Assembly: GCA_963666275.2 (NCBI GenBank)
Contig: CAXXOA010000002.1
Location: 192,001-256,000 of the forward strand
DNA length: 64,000 bases
Direction of reading: 5' to 3'
DNA from: Oceanispirochaeta sp.
GTDB lineage: Bacteria; Spirochaetota; Spirochaetia; DSM-2461
The notes under the pieces were generated by a model. It searched no databases, was not told the DNA's origin, and saw only the letters and a program-made list of their open reading frames with translations. Made by a program: the position numbers and the translations under genes. This document shows, one piece after another, positions 1-9,724 of the stretch (its first letter is position 1; every line of letters starts with the position of its first letter).

Positions 1-383
1 AGGAGCCAACTGGAAAGATCCGGCTGAAAGGAAATGTTTCCATTACTTATGACGAGCTCTGTCATAAACCGCATCATCACCAGCCTGACCAGCCAGAAAA
101 GGAAAATCAGAACGGATGAAACAGTCACAAGACGGGAATCCCCGAAATTGAAGAGCCCCAGAAGCAGAAGAAGGCCGGAAACCAGACTGAATATACCGAA
201 TATAAGTTCAGTCTTCTGAACAGCCGGATATTCGGGATTGAAAAAACGGGCAACTTCTCTGGCAAAACCGGTGTTCTGGGAAACAGAATACATAATCCCC
301 TGTAATCCGAGGATAAGGAAAAAGACTGCTATAGCGAGCTGAAGAAAAAAAAGTGATGTCATTCCTGCATTCTGTCTTCTCAT
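1..383 (-). CDS. Hydrophobic membrane protein, 3'-partial (runs off window start)
   Basis: Read manually: ATG at 383 after AGGAGA; MRRQNAGMTSLFFLQLAIAVFFLILGLQGIMYS..., several TM-like stretches, no stop before position 1. Confidence 0.75.
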   Translation of the reverse strand, partial: MRRQNAGMTSLFFLQLAIAVFFLILGLQGIMYSVSQNTGFAREVARFFNPEYPAVQKTELIFGIFSLVSGLLLLLGLFNFGDSRLVTVSSVLIFLFWLVRLVMMRFMTELVISNGNISFQPDLSSWL

Positions 384-467
384 GCAAAGTTCTCCTGGGT
401 TTGTGTATACTGATGTTGATCGGTTCTGCCTATAAAATATCATAGTTTTTCCCATATAGGCAATTCA

Positions 468-796
468 TTATTCACGACTTTTCCACAGCCCATAATCCCT
501 TCAGAGCCAGCAGAGAGGTTTTATCCCCAAACTATCAACTTTTTTCCACAGTTTATCCACAGGCCCTGGAATTTGATTCAGTTATCCACAAGAACTGAAA
601 TATCCTTAAAAAACCTCTAAAACAGCTGATTTCCGGCAAAAAAGCCGATTTTTTCAAGCTTTTGTGCCCTCAGAAGTGAGAAAGTCCTTTTTTTATTCAC
701 AGATACCACAGGGTTTTCCCCAGTTTATCCACAAGAGCCGGGGAATAAAACAGATTTCATATCTGTTCCGGCAATTTTATCCACAGATTATCCACA
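468..796 (+). promoter_or_regulatory. DnaA-box cluster (oriC-like or datA/DARS/DBC-like)
   Basis: TTATCCACA at 553, 582, 725, 777, 788; TTTTCCACA at 479, 542; TTATTCACA at 693; one-mismatch boxes at 468, 521, 714; all on + strand in a non-coding gap. Confidence 0.85.
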
Positions 797-930
797 GTAA
801 AAATCTCTCAGGGTTTTGCGGTTTTGACAAAAAAAAAGATTCAATACCGGGCGAAAATATAAAAAAGGATTATACTTAGAGTATGCGGTATGAGTTTGAA
901 TATTTTTACATATACAACGGAAGACTATTA

Positions 931-1065
931 ATGAGTGAAACCATTGAAACAATGGAAGAACTTCTGGATTTGGCCGCTATTGATAAACAGCGGGCCGAGA
1001 AAGGGCACAGCAGAAAGGAAAACTACTCGGAAAGGTCCTCAAGGCCTGCCAGTTCTTCCAGATAG
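931..1065 (+). CDS. Small ORF or gene remnant (44 aa)
   Basis: MSETIETMEELLDLAAIDKQRAEKG... looks protein-like, but the tail overlaps the convergent gene and the RBS is weak. Confidence 0.3.
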   Translation: MSETIETMEELLDLAAIDKQRAEKGHSRKENYSERSSRPASSSR

Positions 1066-1559
1066 ATGCCGCTGCGCTCCACATAATTGATGCCGTTTCG
1101 CCTGATAGCGTCTATCATGGATGGCTTCAATTCTTTCAGAACCTTTGCGGGAGATCCCACTACAAGAGAACCGGGGGGGACTTTCATCCCCTGGGATACC
1201 AGAGAGTTTGCCGCGACAAGAGAGTTTTCTCCAATTTCCGCCCCGTTTAGAACTGTGGCATTCATCCCTATAAGGCAATTATCCCCCACAGTACAGCCAT
1301 GAAGAACGGCACTATGCCCCACGGTGACTCCTTCACCCACGGTACAGGGAACATTCTCGTCAACATGGACAACGCAACCGTCCTGAATATTGCTGTTCCT
1401 GCCTATGCTTATGGAATCCACATCACCCCGTATGACAGCATTGAACCAGACATTGACTCCTTCTGCCAGAGTGACATTTCCTATGATATCTGCCGAGGGA
1501 GCCAGAAACCCGACATCCCCGGAAATTTCAGGAGTTTTGCCTTTCAGTTTATAAATCAT
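1023..1559 (-). CDS. Gamma carbonic anhydrase family (YrdA/PaaY-like hexapeptide-repeat) protein
   Basis: VWFNAVIRGD, SNIQDGCVVH, VTVGHSAVLHGC motifs. Confidence 0.92.
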   Translation of the reverse strand: MIYKLKGKTPEISGDVGFLAPSADIIGNVTLAEGVNVWFNAVIRGDVDSISIGRNSNIQDGCVVHVDENVPCTVGEGVTVGHSAVLHGCTVGDNCLIGMNATVLNGAEIGENSLVAANSLVSQGMKVPPGSLVVGSPAKVLKELKPSMIDAIRRNGINYVERSGIYLEELAGLEDLSE

Positions 1560-1579
1560 TCCTTAATACCTCTTCATAT

Positions 1580-2386
1580 TCACGGAGCAGACGGTTCATC
1601 AACAACGGGAAAATCCCATTCCTTCAGTCTGGATTCAATAAAATCAAGAACAGCCTGATGCTCCTGCTTCCCCCGTCCTTCCACAGGAAGGGCCTGACCG
1701 ATGGAAAACCGGATTGTTTTCTCGGGATAAATAGGTCCGAAATAGGATGAAACTTTTCCGGGAGCCATAAAATCGGTCTTGATCGCAACAGGCAGGACTT
1801 TTGCCCCTCCCCGCGCGGCAAGTTTGACTCCCAGAGAGTTAAAACTTTTCCTTTCGAAATAGCTTTTCCTTGTTCCCTCGGGAAACAGAACAATAGAACG
1901 CCCCTTCTTTAGATGCTCAACCCCTTCACTCATGATCTTATCCAGGTCAGCTTTCAGGTTCTGCCGGGTCAGTCCGATACTTTTGGTTGCTGTGGCAATA
2001 GGCCCGAAAAGCCAGGAATTGTAAAGACTCTCTTTCATTACCACACTCAGGGGTGTAAAACTTCCTATGATCCAGGGAAAGAGCTGGGTTTCCAGAACAC
2101 CCATATGATTGGCCACCACAACAAAGGGGCCCTGGGTATGCAGATTGGAAAGGCCTTCGATCACAAATTTTCCGCCGTAATGCTCCATGACCATGCGGAT
2201 CTGATCAGACTGATCCCAGAATGCTTTATCCGGAAACTGTCCTCTCAGAGACATTTTTCTGCATCTGAGGACAATCTTGAAAAAATCGATATAAAGGGCC
2301 AGTCTTCTTCCGAAAATTAGCCTTTTAGGGGACAGCCTGACATCATCAGGGGTTTCATAAGTCTCAAAAAGAGATAAATCCAGCAT
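1580..2386 (-). CDS. 1-acyl-sn-glycerol-3-phosphate acyltransferase (PlsC family)
   Basis: VVANH and FPEGTR acyltransferase motifs. Confidence 0.88.
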   Translation of the reverse strand: MLDLSLFETYETPDDVRLSPKRLIFGRRLALYIDFFKIVLRCRKMSLRGQFPDKAFWDQSDQIRMVMEHYGGKFVIEGLSNLHTQGPFVVVANHMGVLETQLFPWIIGSFTPLSVVMKESLYNSWLFGPIATATKSIGLTRQNLKADLDKIMSEGVEHLKKGRSIVLFPEGTRKSYFERKSFNSLGVKLAARGGAKVLPVAIKTDFMAPGKVSSYFGPIYPEKTIRFSIGQALPVEGRGKQEHQAVLDFIESRLKEWDFPVVDEPSAP

Positions 2387-2415
2387 TCTAGAATTCTCCG
2401 AAATAGTTTTTTAAG

Positions 2416-3210
2416 TCAGAATGGTAGATGCCACTGGTAGTTTTTAATACGGGATGTATAACCCGACTCCCAGGCAGCTTCCTCCTGTGCGGACAGGTCA
2501 TTAAAGGATAGGTCAACACGCTCCAGCTGATTGAGAAGTTCCAGTCCGGAGGGAACAGTCCGAAGGGAATTCCCGGAAAGATCCAGCTCATTCAACCGCA
2601 GAAGTCCTTCCAGTGAGAAGTCAATGGATTTCAGATTATTACCTGACAGATCCAGAATCTTCAGCTTCTTAAGCCTGCCAAGTTGCTCCGGAAGTTGTTC
2701 AAGTTCATTATCCGCAGCACTAAAATACACCAATTGCCTGTATTTGACTATACCCGGAGGGAGGGATTTGAGCCTGTTCCGGCTCAGTTCTATAAACCTC
2801 AGCCTCCGCAGTTCCAGCAGCTCTTCAGGGAAATCACTCAGTCCGGCATCGGTCAGGCTTATCCCCTTGAGGGAGGGGCAGAATCTGAGCCCCTCAGGAA
2901 GCCTGAAAGGCTCATCTCCTGTCCGGGTGGAAAAAGAGAAGAACTCGATTCTATAAAACCACAGGGGTTTGTCTTTCATGAGGGTAAGGATCTTCCAGAA
3001 GCTGTAATCAGAATAAACTGTTGTCTCTCCTGAATCATCCCTTAAAAAAGGGGGAATCTGGACCGAGCCGTCAGAAAGAACGAGAGTCTGCTTCAGCAAT
3101 AGGGGGAAAGTTTCCCTCTGCTCCATTTCCAGAAGTGTCAGAAGGGAGTCGATTCGTTCATAAGGCCCGTTAACAAGGCAGTTTTTCAGAGTTCTGGCAG
3201 CATCCAGCAT
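2416..3210 (-). CDS. Leucine-rich repeat protein
   Basis: Repeated LxxLxLSxNxLxxLP units in the C-terminal half. Confidence 0.88.
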   Translation of the reverse strand: MLDAARTLKNCLVNGPYERIDSLLTLLEMEQRETFPLLLKQTLVLSDGSVQIPPFLRDDSGETTVYSDYSFWKILTLMKDKPLWFYRIEFFSFSTRTGDEPFRLPEGLRFCPSLKGISLTDAGLSDFPEELLELRRLRFIELSRNRLKSLPPGIVKYRQLVYFSAADNELEQLPEQLGRLKKLKILDLSGNNLKSIDFSLEGLLRLNELDLSGNSLRTVPSGLELLNQLERVDLSFNDLSAQEEAAWESGYTSRIKNYQWHLPF

Positions 3211-3404
3211 CAGTTCAGATCCCAGGGATCGCCTTCCAGTTCCTCTTCTGTGTCTCCATAATGCCTGTCCCAGGACTCTGAATCCATATCATCGTATTCA
3301 TCGCCCCAGTCGGAGTCTTCGTCTTCATAATCGTCATCGGGTTCCAGATCATCTAAAGACAAGGTGTCATCTTCATCATCTTCTTCATCTTCAAAGATGG
3401 ACAT
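3210..3404 (-). CDS. Small, highly acidic protein (64 aa)
   Basis: GGAGG upstream of ATG 3404; MSIFEDEEDDEDD...; stop overlaps the LRR gene start. Confidence 0.7.
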   Translation of the reverse strand: MSIFEDEEDDEDDTLSLDDLEPDDDYEDEDSDWGDEYDDMDSESWDRHYGDTEEELEGDPWDLN

Positions 3405-3522
3405 ACAGTGCCTCCAATCCAATAGGATTTTATGAAACATATAATAACCACAAAGAAAGTGAAAATCCAGAGTTTCCTTAATAATTCTTTAAATGATCCG
3501 ATATTAGAAACAGGAGTATTTT

Positions 3523-3696
3523 ATGGACAGATATGAAAAGATTCGTAAAGAAATTGAACAGATTGAAAGAGAACTGAACGAGCTCCGCTGTGCAGCTGGA
3601 ACAGGAAGAGTCAAAGGGTCTCTGAAGGAACTCAGCATGAAGAATGAAAAGATAAAATCTGCCTTTTCAAGCATATCCACAGCCATAAACGGCTGA
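3523..3696 (+). CDS. Small coiled-coil-like hypothetical protein (57 aa)
   Basis: Read manually (below ORF-track cutoff): CAGGAG RBS, MDRYEKIRKEIEQIERELNELR...AING*. Confidence 0.65.
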   Translation: MDRYEKIRKEIEQIERELNELRCAAGTGRVKGSLKELSMKNEKIKSAFSSISTAING

Positions 3697-3706
3697 TGAT
3701 GTACGC

Positions 3707-4222
3707 TTAATGCTGGCTGATAGAGAGGGGGCTGATGGAAACACGGCCTCCCAGGAATGAAACAGCATTCCCCAGATCATCCGAAAGGATATCCAGATCG
3801 CTTACTTTCAGAGAGGTGTAAAGGATGGAATGGTCCAGACCGTACCGTCTGATAGCATCTTCAAGCCCCTGTTTGAGCGAAACAGGCTCTGTATCATCCG
3901 AATTCAGGGCATTCGCCTTATCCACAAAAAACTGCCTGCCTTCCACCATCCAGGAACAGACATCTTCAAAAGGAAAGTCCTGACCCAGGGCAATCTGCCG
4001 GGGCTGAAAAAGCCTGGCCCTGATTGAAAAGGTAAAAGATTCCTCACCAATATTTTTCAGATAACGCTTATAGGACAGGTCATAACCAACCAGAGAGACC
4101 AGATAACGGTCAATGTTTTCCAGAGAGCGGATCAACAGTTCAATGGAGGGGAATAGATGATCCAGCCCTTCTGAACTTTTATCAAACTGAAACTCCAGTA
4201 TGTAATATCTGTCTTTTATCAC
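3707..4222 (-). CDS. Hypothetical protein
   Basis: 171-aa ORF filling the gap, GTG start. Confidence 0.7.
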   Translation of the reverse strand: MIKDRYYILEFQFDKSSEGLDHLFPSIELLIRSLENIDRYLVSLVGYDLSYKRYLKNIGEESFTFSIRARLFQPRQIALGQDFPFEDVCSWMVEGRQFFVDKANALNSDDTEPVSLKQGLEDAIRRYGLDHSILYTSLKVSDLDILSDDLGNAVSFLGGRVSISPLSISQH

Positions 4223-4266
4223 CGTTATAGCAATCCTTCAGGAATAGTACCATAAGCTTGAGAATT

Positions 4267-4298
4267 AAAAAAGGACTGCCCTGTGTAGAGCAGTCCTA
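4267..4298 (-). terminator. Intrinsic terminator of the fusA operon
   Basis: GGACTGC...GCAGTCC hairpin followed by a T-run on the minus strand. Confidence 0.7.
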
Positions 4299-4320
4299 TT
4301 GGTTTTTACCTATTTTTGCC

Positions 4321-5025
4321 TCACAATTCAGCAATCAGTAAGGTTTTCGGATCCAGTTTTAAAGAAAGATCCTCGGATACGAGATTCTTATGTTCTTTCA
4401 CCAGTTTGAGAACCATAAAACCGTCTTCAGCCCTGAGGGTTAAGATAACCGAAATATCATCAAGGTCTTTAATAAGGTTTTTGGGAACACCCCTGTCGTC
4501 CACATAAACCTGCCCGTCAGGGTAGGAATCGCTGAACCACAGTTCTATATCAGATTCCACAGCAAAAGCTTTGAATTTTTTAATATCCTCAGCCGTTCCT
4601 TTGGTGAAATCGTATCCGTCAATAATAACAGCATCGGTACCGCGCTGTCCGTTGTCCATCATGGCTTTAATGCTGGCCAGTACCTGGTCTACACTTACAC
4701 CACTCTGGTTGAAATTCATAATGACACGATTTCTTATCAGTTCATCATGAACATCCATTGCCTTTTCAAGATCCCTCTTTTTGGCAATTTCTTTAAAAAT
4801 GTCTTCATACCATGTAACAATATGATCGACCTTATTGGAATAGGAAGCATGAATCACATGCTTATCCCGCATCAGTTTGTCAGTAGCAATGTGTACAAGA
4901 CAGGCTGTTTTGCCGATCCCCTGTTTGGAGGCAATAACGGCAATATTTCCTTTACCCACGCCCCCGTCAACAGCCTTTTCGAGACTTCTGAGAGGACTTT
5001 TATTGGTCAGTTCAGTTTTTACCAT
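4321..5025 (-). CDS. RecA/DnaB/KaiC-superfamily P-loop protein
   Basis: Walker A-like ASKQGIGKT, Walker B-like AVIIDG; 12 bp downstream of fusA. Confidence 0.75.
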   Translation of the reverse strand: MVKTELTNKSPLRSLEKAVDGGVGKGNIAVIASKQGIGKTACLVHIATDKLMRDKHVIHASYSNKVDHIVTWYEDIFKEIAKKRDLEKAMDVHDELIRNRVIMNFNQSGVSVDQVLASIKAMMDNGQRGTDAVIIDGYDFTKGTAEDIKKFKAFAVESDIELWFSDSYPDGQVYVDDRGVPKNLIKDLDDISVILTLRAEDGFMVLKLVKEHKNLVSEDLSLKLDPKTLLIAEL

Positions 5026-5037
5026 TGGTTTCTCCTT

Positions 5038-7131
5038 TTATTTCTGCTGAGCTCTTCTTTCTTCTTCGTACTTCCTAACCAGCTCGTCAGTTACACTCTG
5101 GGGAACTTTACCGTATTTGGCGAACTCCATGGTGAACTCGGCTTTACCCTGGGTAGAAGAACGAAGGACGGTGGAGTAACCGAACATCTCGCTCAGAGGA
5201 ACTTCCGCTTCAACAACACAGTAATTTCCTTCTTCATTGGATGCTACAATCATACCACGTCTCTGGTTCAGTGTACCGAAAATATTTCCCTGGAATTCCG
5301 AGGGACCTTCAACACTGACCTTCATGATAGGCTCGAGGATAACAGGCTTGGCCTTTTTGTAGGCTTCACGGAAAGCTCCGAGACCTGCTGTCTGGAAAGC
5401 CTGGTCGGAAGAGTCAACAGGGTGAAACTGACCGTCCACGATTGTCATCTTAACACCGACGACAGGGGCTCCGATCAGGGAACCTTTCTGCATGGCAGTC
5501 TGAAAACCTTTATCACAGGAGGGGATATATTCTGTAGGGATAGATCCACCCTTGATCTGGTTTACAAATTCGTATTCTTTCTCATCATCTTCCAGAACTT
5601 CCATGATACCCGCAACTCTAGCGTACTGACCGGAACCACCGGTCTGCTTTTTATGGGTATAGTTAAACTCGGCAGAAGTGGAAATGGCTTCTCTGTAAGC
5701 TACCTGGGGAGCACCGGTCTCCACTTCAGCTTTGTACTCTCTCTTCATCCTTTCGATATAAACTTCCAGGTGAAGCTCTCCCATTCCGGAGATGATAGTC
5801 TCGTTGGATTCGGGATCCACATGAGTTCTGAAAGTGGGGTCTTCCTTGGTAAATCTGTTGAGAGCCTTGGCCATCTTATCAGAAGCGGACTTATCAACAG
5901 GTTTGATAGAAAGAGAGATAACCGCGTTAGGAACAAACATGGAAGTCATGGACAGGTTCAGTGAAGAGTCACAGAAGGTGTCACCCGAGGCACAGTCAAC
6001 ACCGAAAAGGGCAACAATGTCACCGGCAGGTGCTTCTGTAATATCTTCCATTGTATTGGAGTGCATTCTTACAAGACGACCGATCTTGAATTTCCGTCCA
6101 TTACGAACGTTAATCATATCGGCACCTTTTTTGATAACACCCTGGTATACACGGATATATGTCAGCTGTCCGTACTGTCCGTCTTCCAGCTTGAATGCCA
6201 GAGCGACAGGAGGTTTGGAAGCATCTGAGGGAAGGATAACTTCCTCTTCGTTATTATCCAGATCAAGAGCTTTGTTTTCTACATCCGGAGGAGCAGGCAG
6301 ATAGCGGAGAACCGCATCCATCATTTCCTGAACACCTTTGTTTTTATAGGCGGATCCGAGATAAACAGGAACCAGTTCCAGATTGATGACAGCTTTTCTG
6401 ATGGTGGCGTGAAGGAGTTCTTCGGGGATCTCTTTCTCTTCCATCATGAGTTCCATAATTTCTTCACTGAACATGGAAACTGTATCGAGCATCATCTCCC
6501 GTCTTTCATCGGCTTCGGCCTGAAGTTCAGCGGGAATCTCTTCAACACGGATCTGTTCACCGTCATTTCCATCGAAATAAACAGCTTTCATACGGACCAG
6601 GTCGATAACACCTTCCAGTTTCTCTTCCAGTCCGATAGGAACCTGCATCATGACAGAGTTCAGGTCCAGTTTTTCTCTGAGCTGATCACAGACTTTGTAG
6701 GGATTCGCTCCGGTACGGTCGCTCTTGTTGACAAAAGCGATTCTGGGAACGCCGTATCTTTTCAGCTGTCTGTCAACGGTAATTGACTGAGACTGTACAC
6801 CACCGACGGAACACAGAACAAGAACGGCTCCATCGAGAACCCGGAGAGCTCTCTCGACCTCGATAGTAAAGTCAACGTGACCCGGAGTATCGATAATGTT
6901 GATATCATGATCTTTCCAGGTAACATTTGTAGCGGCAGAGGCAATTGTGATACCTCTCTCTTTTTCCAGCTCCATGGAGTCCATGGTAGCTCCAACCCCA
7001 TCTTTTCCTCTAACTTCGTGAATGGCGTGAATTTTCTGACAGTAGAAAAGGATCCTTTCTGTCAGAGTTGTTTTACCTGAGTCGATGTGGGCGCTGATTC
7101 CGATATTACGCATCTTCGTGATATCTTTCAT
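5038..7131 (-). CDS. fusA: Elongation factor G (spirochaete/mitochondrial EF-G1 type)
   Basis: [33 protein letters not shown] motifs; [15 protein letters not shown] signature. Confidence 0.97.
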   Translation of the reverse strand: MKDITKMRNIGISAHIDSGKTTLTERILFYCQKIHAIHEVRGKDGVGATMDSMELEKERGITIASAATNVTWKDHDINIIDTPGHVDFTIEVERALRVLDGAVLVLCSVGGVQSQSITVDRQLKRYGVPRIAFVNKSDRTGANPYKVCDQLREKLDLNSVMMQVPIGLEEKLEGVIDLVRMKAVYFDGNDGEQIRVEEIPAELQAEADERREMMLDTVSMFSEEIMELMMEEKEIPEELLHATIRKAVINLELVPVYLGSAYKNKGVQEMMDAVLRYLPAPPDVENKALDLDNNEEEVILPSDASKPPVALAFKLEDGQYGQLTYIRVYQGVIKKGADMINVRNGRKFKIGRLVRMHSNTMEDITEAPAGDIVALFGVDCASGDTFCDSSLNLSMTSMFVPNAVISLSIKPVDKSASDKMAKALNRFTKEDPTFRTHVDPESNETIISGMGELHLEVYIERMKREYKAEVETGAPQVAYREAISTSAEFNYTHKKQTGGSGQYARVAGIMEVLEDDEKEYEFVNQIKGGSIPTEYIPSCDKGFQTAMQKGSLIGAPVVGVKMTIVDGQFHPVDSSDQAFQTAGLGAFREAYKKAKPVILEPIMKVSVEGPSEFQGNIFGTLNQRRGMIVASNEEGNYCVVEAEVPLSEMFGYSTVLRSSTQGKAEFTMEFAKYGKVPQSVTDELVRKYEEERRAQQK

Positions 7132-7310
7132 ATAATCATTAACCTCTCAAAAAATAAATTCGCCGGGGTGCGCGGAATGAAAAAAAGATCCCAACCTCCG
7201 ACCGAACAGCATCCGGCCGTTTGATCTAGGCCGCAGGAGTAACGCGGATTTACCGGTCTCTGTCATCCCGGCAAACTTCCGGATTGTTCAAAGCATATAA
7301 ATGTAGACGA

Positions 7311-7339
7311 ATTATATAGAGTTACCCCTCTTTCATCAA
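7311..7339 (-). promoter_or_regulatory. Sigma70-type promoter for fusA
   Basis: TTGATG-17 bp-TATAAT on the minus strand. Confidence 0.65.
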
Positions 7340-7383
7340 TACCCGGGCTTTGAGAAATCAGCAAACAATTTCCCTGTAGGAAA

Positions 7384-8181
7384 TCAGTTATATCCTTCAC
7401 CTGTCAACAGAAGCGAAAGGGCTTCCCGAATAGACGAGGCAAGCCTCTCTTCCGCCAGAGGGAGTACCGCATCGTCGGGGGCTTCATCCCGCCCCCGGAC
7501 GGCAATCACCGAAGCGATCATGGCCGCCTTCAGCCCGAACACCGAAGCCAGAGTCAGCAGGGTGGCGGATTCCATTTCGTAATTCAGAACATTCAGATGC
7601 TTCCACTCCTCCAGGCTTCCCTGGAATTTCCGGGGAACATACCCCGTAAAGGTGTCATACCTCTCCTGGCCGGGATAAAAAGTATCACTGGAAGCGGTGA
7701 TCCCCAGATGAAAGGGAATCTTAAGATTCTCAGCCCCCCGGACCAGATAGCTGGTCAGAGAAAAATCCGCTACAGCCGGATATTCAAGCGGCGCATAGTG
7801 GGTGGAGGCTCCATCCAGACGGACAGACCCGGTTGTAATGACAAGATCCCCCGGCTGGATCCTGTCCTGAATAGCCCCGGTGGTTCCTATTCTGAAAAAG
7901 TTCTGAATTCCCAGGACCGCCAGTTCCTCCAGACAAATGGAGACCGAAGGACCTCCTATTCCTGTGGAACAGACAAGAACGCTGTGCCCTCCCATCTCAG
8001 CCAGCCAGGAGGTGTACTCTCTGTTGGAAACCAGAAAGACCGCATCAGGATCAATCATCCGGGCTGTTTTCTCCACCCTTCCGGGATCGCCGGGGAGGAC
8101 GGCCGTCACAGCGTCGTTCAGCATTTTTCGGTTCAGTTTTATATGGTATAAAATTTTATCTTCCGGTTTTTCCTTTTCCAT
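7384..8181 (-). CDS. udp: Uridine phosphorylase
   Basis: LPGDPGRV, STGIGGPS, RIGTTGAIQ, SDTFYPGQER, NYEME motifs. Confidence 0.95.
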   Translation of the reverse strand: MEKEKPEDKILYHIKLNRKMLNDAVTAVLPGDPGRVEKTARMIDPDAVFLVSNREYTSWLAEMGGHSVLVCSTGIGGPSVSICLEELAVLGIQNFFRIGTTGAIQDRIQPGDLVITTGSVRLDGASTHYAPLEYPAVADFSLTSYLVRGAENLKIPFHLGITASSDTFYPGQERYDTFTGYVPRKFQGSLEEWKHLNVLNYEMESATLLTLASVFGLKAAMIASVIAVRGRDEAPDDAVLPLAEERLASSIREALSLLLTGEGYN

Positions 8182-8310
8182 GATAACTCCTATTTTTCGC
8201 GTTATTGACGGGGCAGTTCCTTCGCTTCTGAAAGAGAGCCCTCTTTCTATTCTAATAGGATTTTCGGCAATTTGTTCACTTAAAAGTAATGAACGGAAAA
8301 ATCCTTTTTA

Positions 8311-8340
8311 TTGACAAAGCAAAGAGAGAAAGAACATAAT
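8311..8340 (+). promoter_or_regulatory. Sigma70-type promoter directly abutting ATG (leaderless)
   Basis: TTGACA-18 bp-CATAAT, ATG 7 nt later. Confidence 0.6.
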
Positions 8341-8347
8341 CCTTAAT

Positions 8348-9724
8348 ATGATAAACTATATGCCGTTACTTATTCCTCTATTTATAGTGGGAATAGCGGT
8401 GATCATCATTACTTCCAGAGTGATCTCCCGTCATAACAAGACATTCAAGGGAGAAAAAGTCCAGGACAGAAATTCAATCCTCCGGGAAGCCAACAAAAGG
8501 CTCGCAAGCAACCCCAAGGACACTCAGGCCCTTCTTGCTCTGGCGGATCTTCACTATACAGAAAAAAATTATCAGCAGGCGATGAAAACCTACGGAATCC
8601 TACTGGAGCTCTGCGCTACCAATTCGCATCTGGATGAACAGATGATCAATCTGAGATTCGGTCTGTCCGCTATGAGATCCCAGGTCTGGTCGGAAGCCTA
8701 TAAGAGCCTGGCGATTGCCAGAACCAAGGATCAGGACAATTTTGACATAAACTCTTCTCTGGGTATTCTGGAGTATAAGCGGGGAAACCTGGAAAAAGCC
8801 ATGAACTTTCTCTCCATGGCTCTGAAGCATAAACCGAATCACTATGAAACTCTCAGATACATGGGCCTCAGTTTTTTCAAACTGCGCCGCTACAAAGAGG
8901 CAGGTCCCTACCTGAGGAATGCGGCAAACGGTCATCCTGATGACAAGGAAGTGCTTTTCTGCCTGGCAAAATCCCTCTATGAAGTAGGTCAGATGGAACA
9001 GTCTCTGAAAATCTTCACTCACCTGAGACCCGACCCGGAATGGGGACCCCGGGCAGCTCTATATGCGGGAACAATCAATAAACAGAAGAAGTCCTATGAA
9101 AGCGCCATTATGGATTTCGAAATAGGCCTCAAGCACAAACAGATCAGTAGCGATATCCTTCTTGAAATAAAATACAGACTGGCCGACTGCTACAATCAGA
9201 CAAACCAGCTTACCAAAGCCCTGGTGGAACTCAATGAAATTACCAATATAAATCCGAAATACAAGGATGCGGAGATTCAGCGAAACAAGATAAAGGAACT
9301 CACTTCCAACCAGAACCTGCAGACCTATCTCATGGCTCCCATCAGCGAGTTCATTACCCTCTGCCGCCGTCTGACCATGGAGCTGTTTCCTAAAACACGG
9401 ATCAAAGTGCTGGATATTTCAGTCAATAAAAACGAATACGTGGATATCTTTGCCGAGGTCAAAGCCAGAAAGTGGGAAGACCAGATCCTGTTCCGCTTCT
9501 ACAGAGAAGAGGGGAATATCGGAGAGCTGGCGGTACGGGAACTCTACGCTCATATAAAAGAGGTACATGCAGGAAGAGGATTTTGCCTGAGTGCCGGCAA
9601 GTTTACCGAAGAAGCCGAAAAATTTGTGGAAGCCAGACTGATTGACCTGCTCCCCAAGGCAAAACTTGTAAAACTGCTGAATAAAGTAAAAAACTCTCCC
9701 CAGACTCTCACAAGCACAATGTAA
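8348..9724 (+). CDS. Membrane-anchored TPR protein with C-terminal Mrr-like restriction-endonuclease-fold domain
   Basis: N-terminal TM, multiple TPR helices, C-terminal IGELAVRELY...GFCLSAGKFTEEA pattern. Confidence 0.8.
   Translation: MINYMPLLIPLFIVGIAVIIITSRVISRHNKTFKGEKVQDRNSILREANKRLASNPKDTQALLALADLHYTEKNYQQAMKTYGILLELCATNSHLDEQMINLRFGLSAMRSQVWSEAYKSLAIARTKDQDNFDINSSLGILEYKRGNLEKAMNFLSMALKHKPNHYETLRYMGLSFFKLRRYKEAGPYLRNAANGHPDDKEVLFCLAKSLYEVGQMEQSLKIFTHLRPDPEWGPRAALYAGTINKQKKSYESAIMDFEIGLKHKQISSDILLEIKYRLADCYNQTNQLTKALVELNEITNINPKYKDAEIQRNKIKELTSNQNLQTYLMAPISEFITLCRRLTMELFPKTRIKVLDISVNKNEYVDIFAEVKARKWEDQILFRFYREEGNIGELAVRELYAHIKEVHAGRGFCLSAGKFTEEAEKFVEARLIDLLPKAKLVKLLNKVKNSPQTLTSTM

Noticed and set aside
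3504..3686. 60-aa minus-strand ORF
   Set aside because: The plus-strand ORF 3523-3696 has a clear RBS and a more protein-like sequence
4747..5964. 405-aa plus-strand ORF
   Set aside because: Antisense shadow of fusA and its neighbour; no motifs
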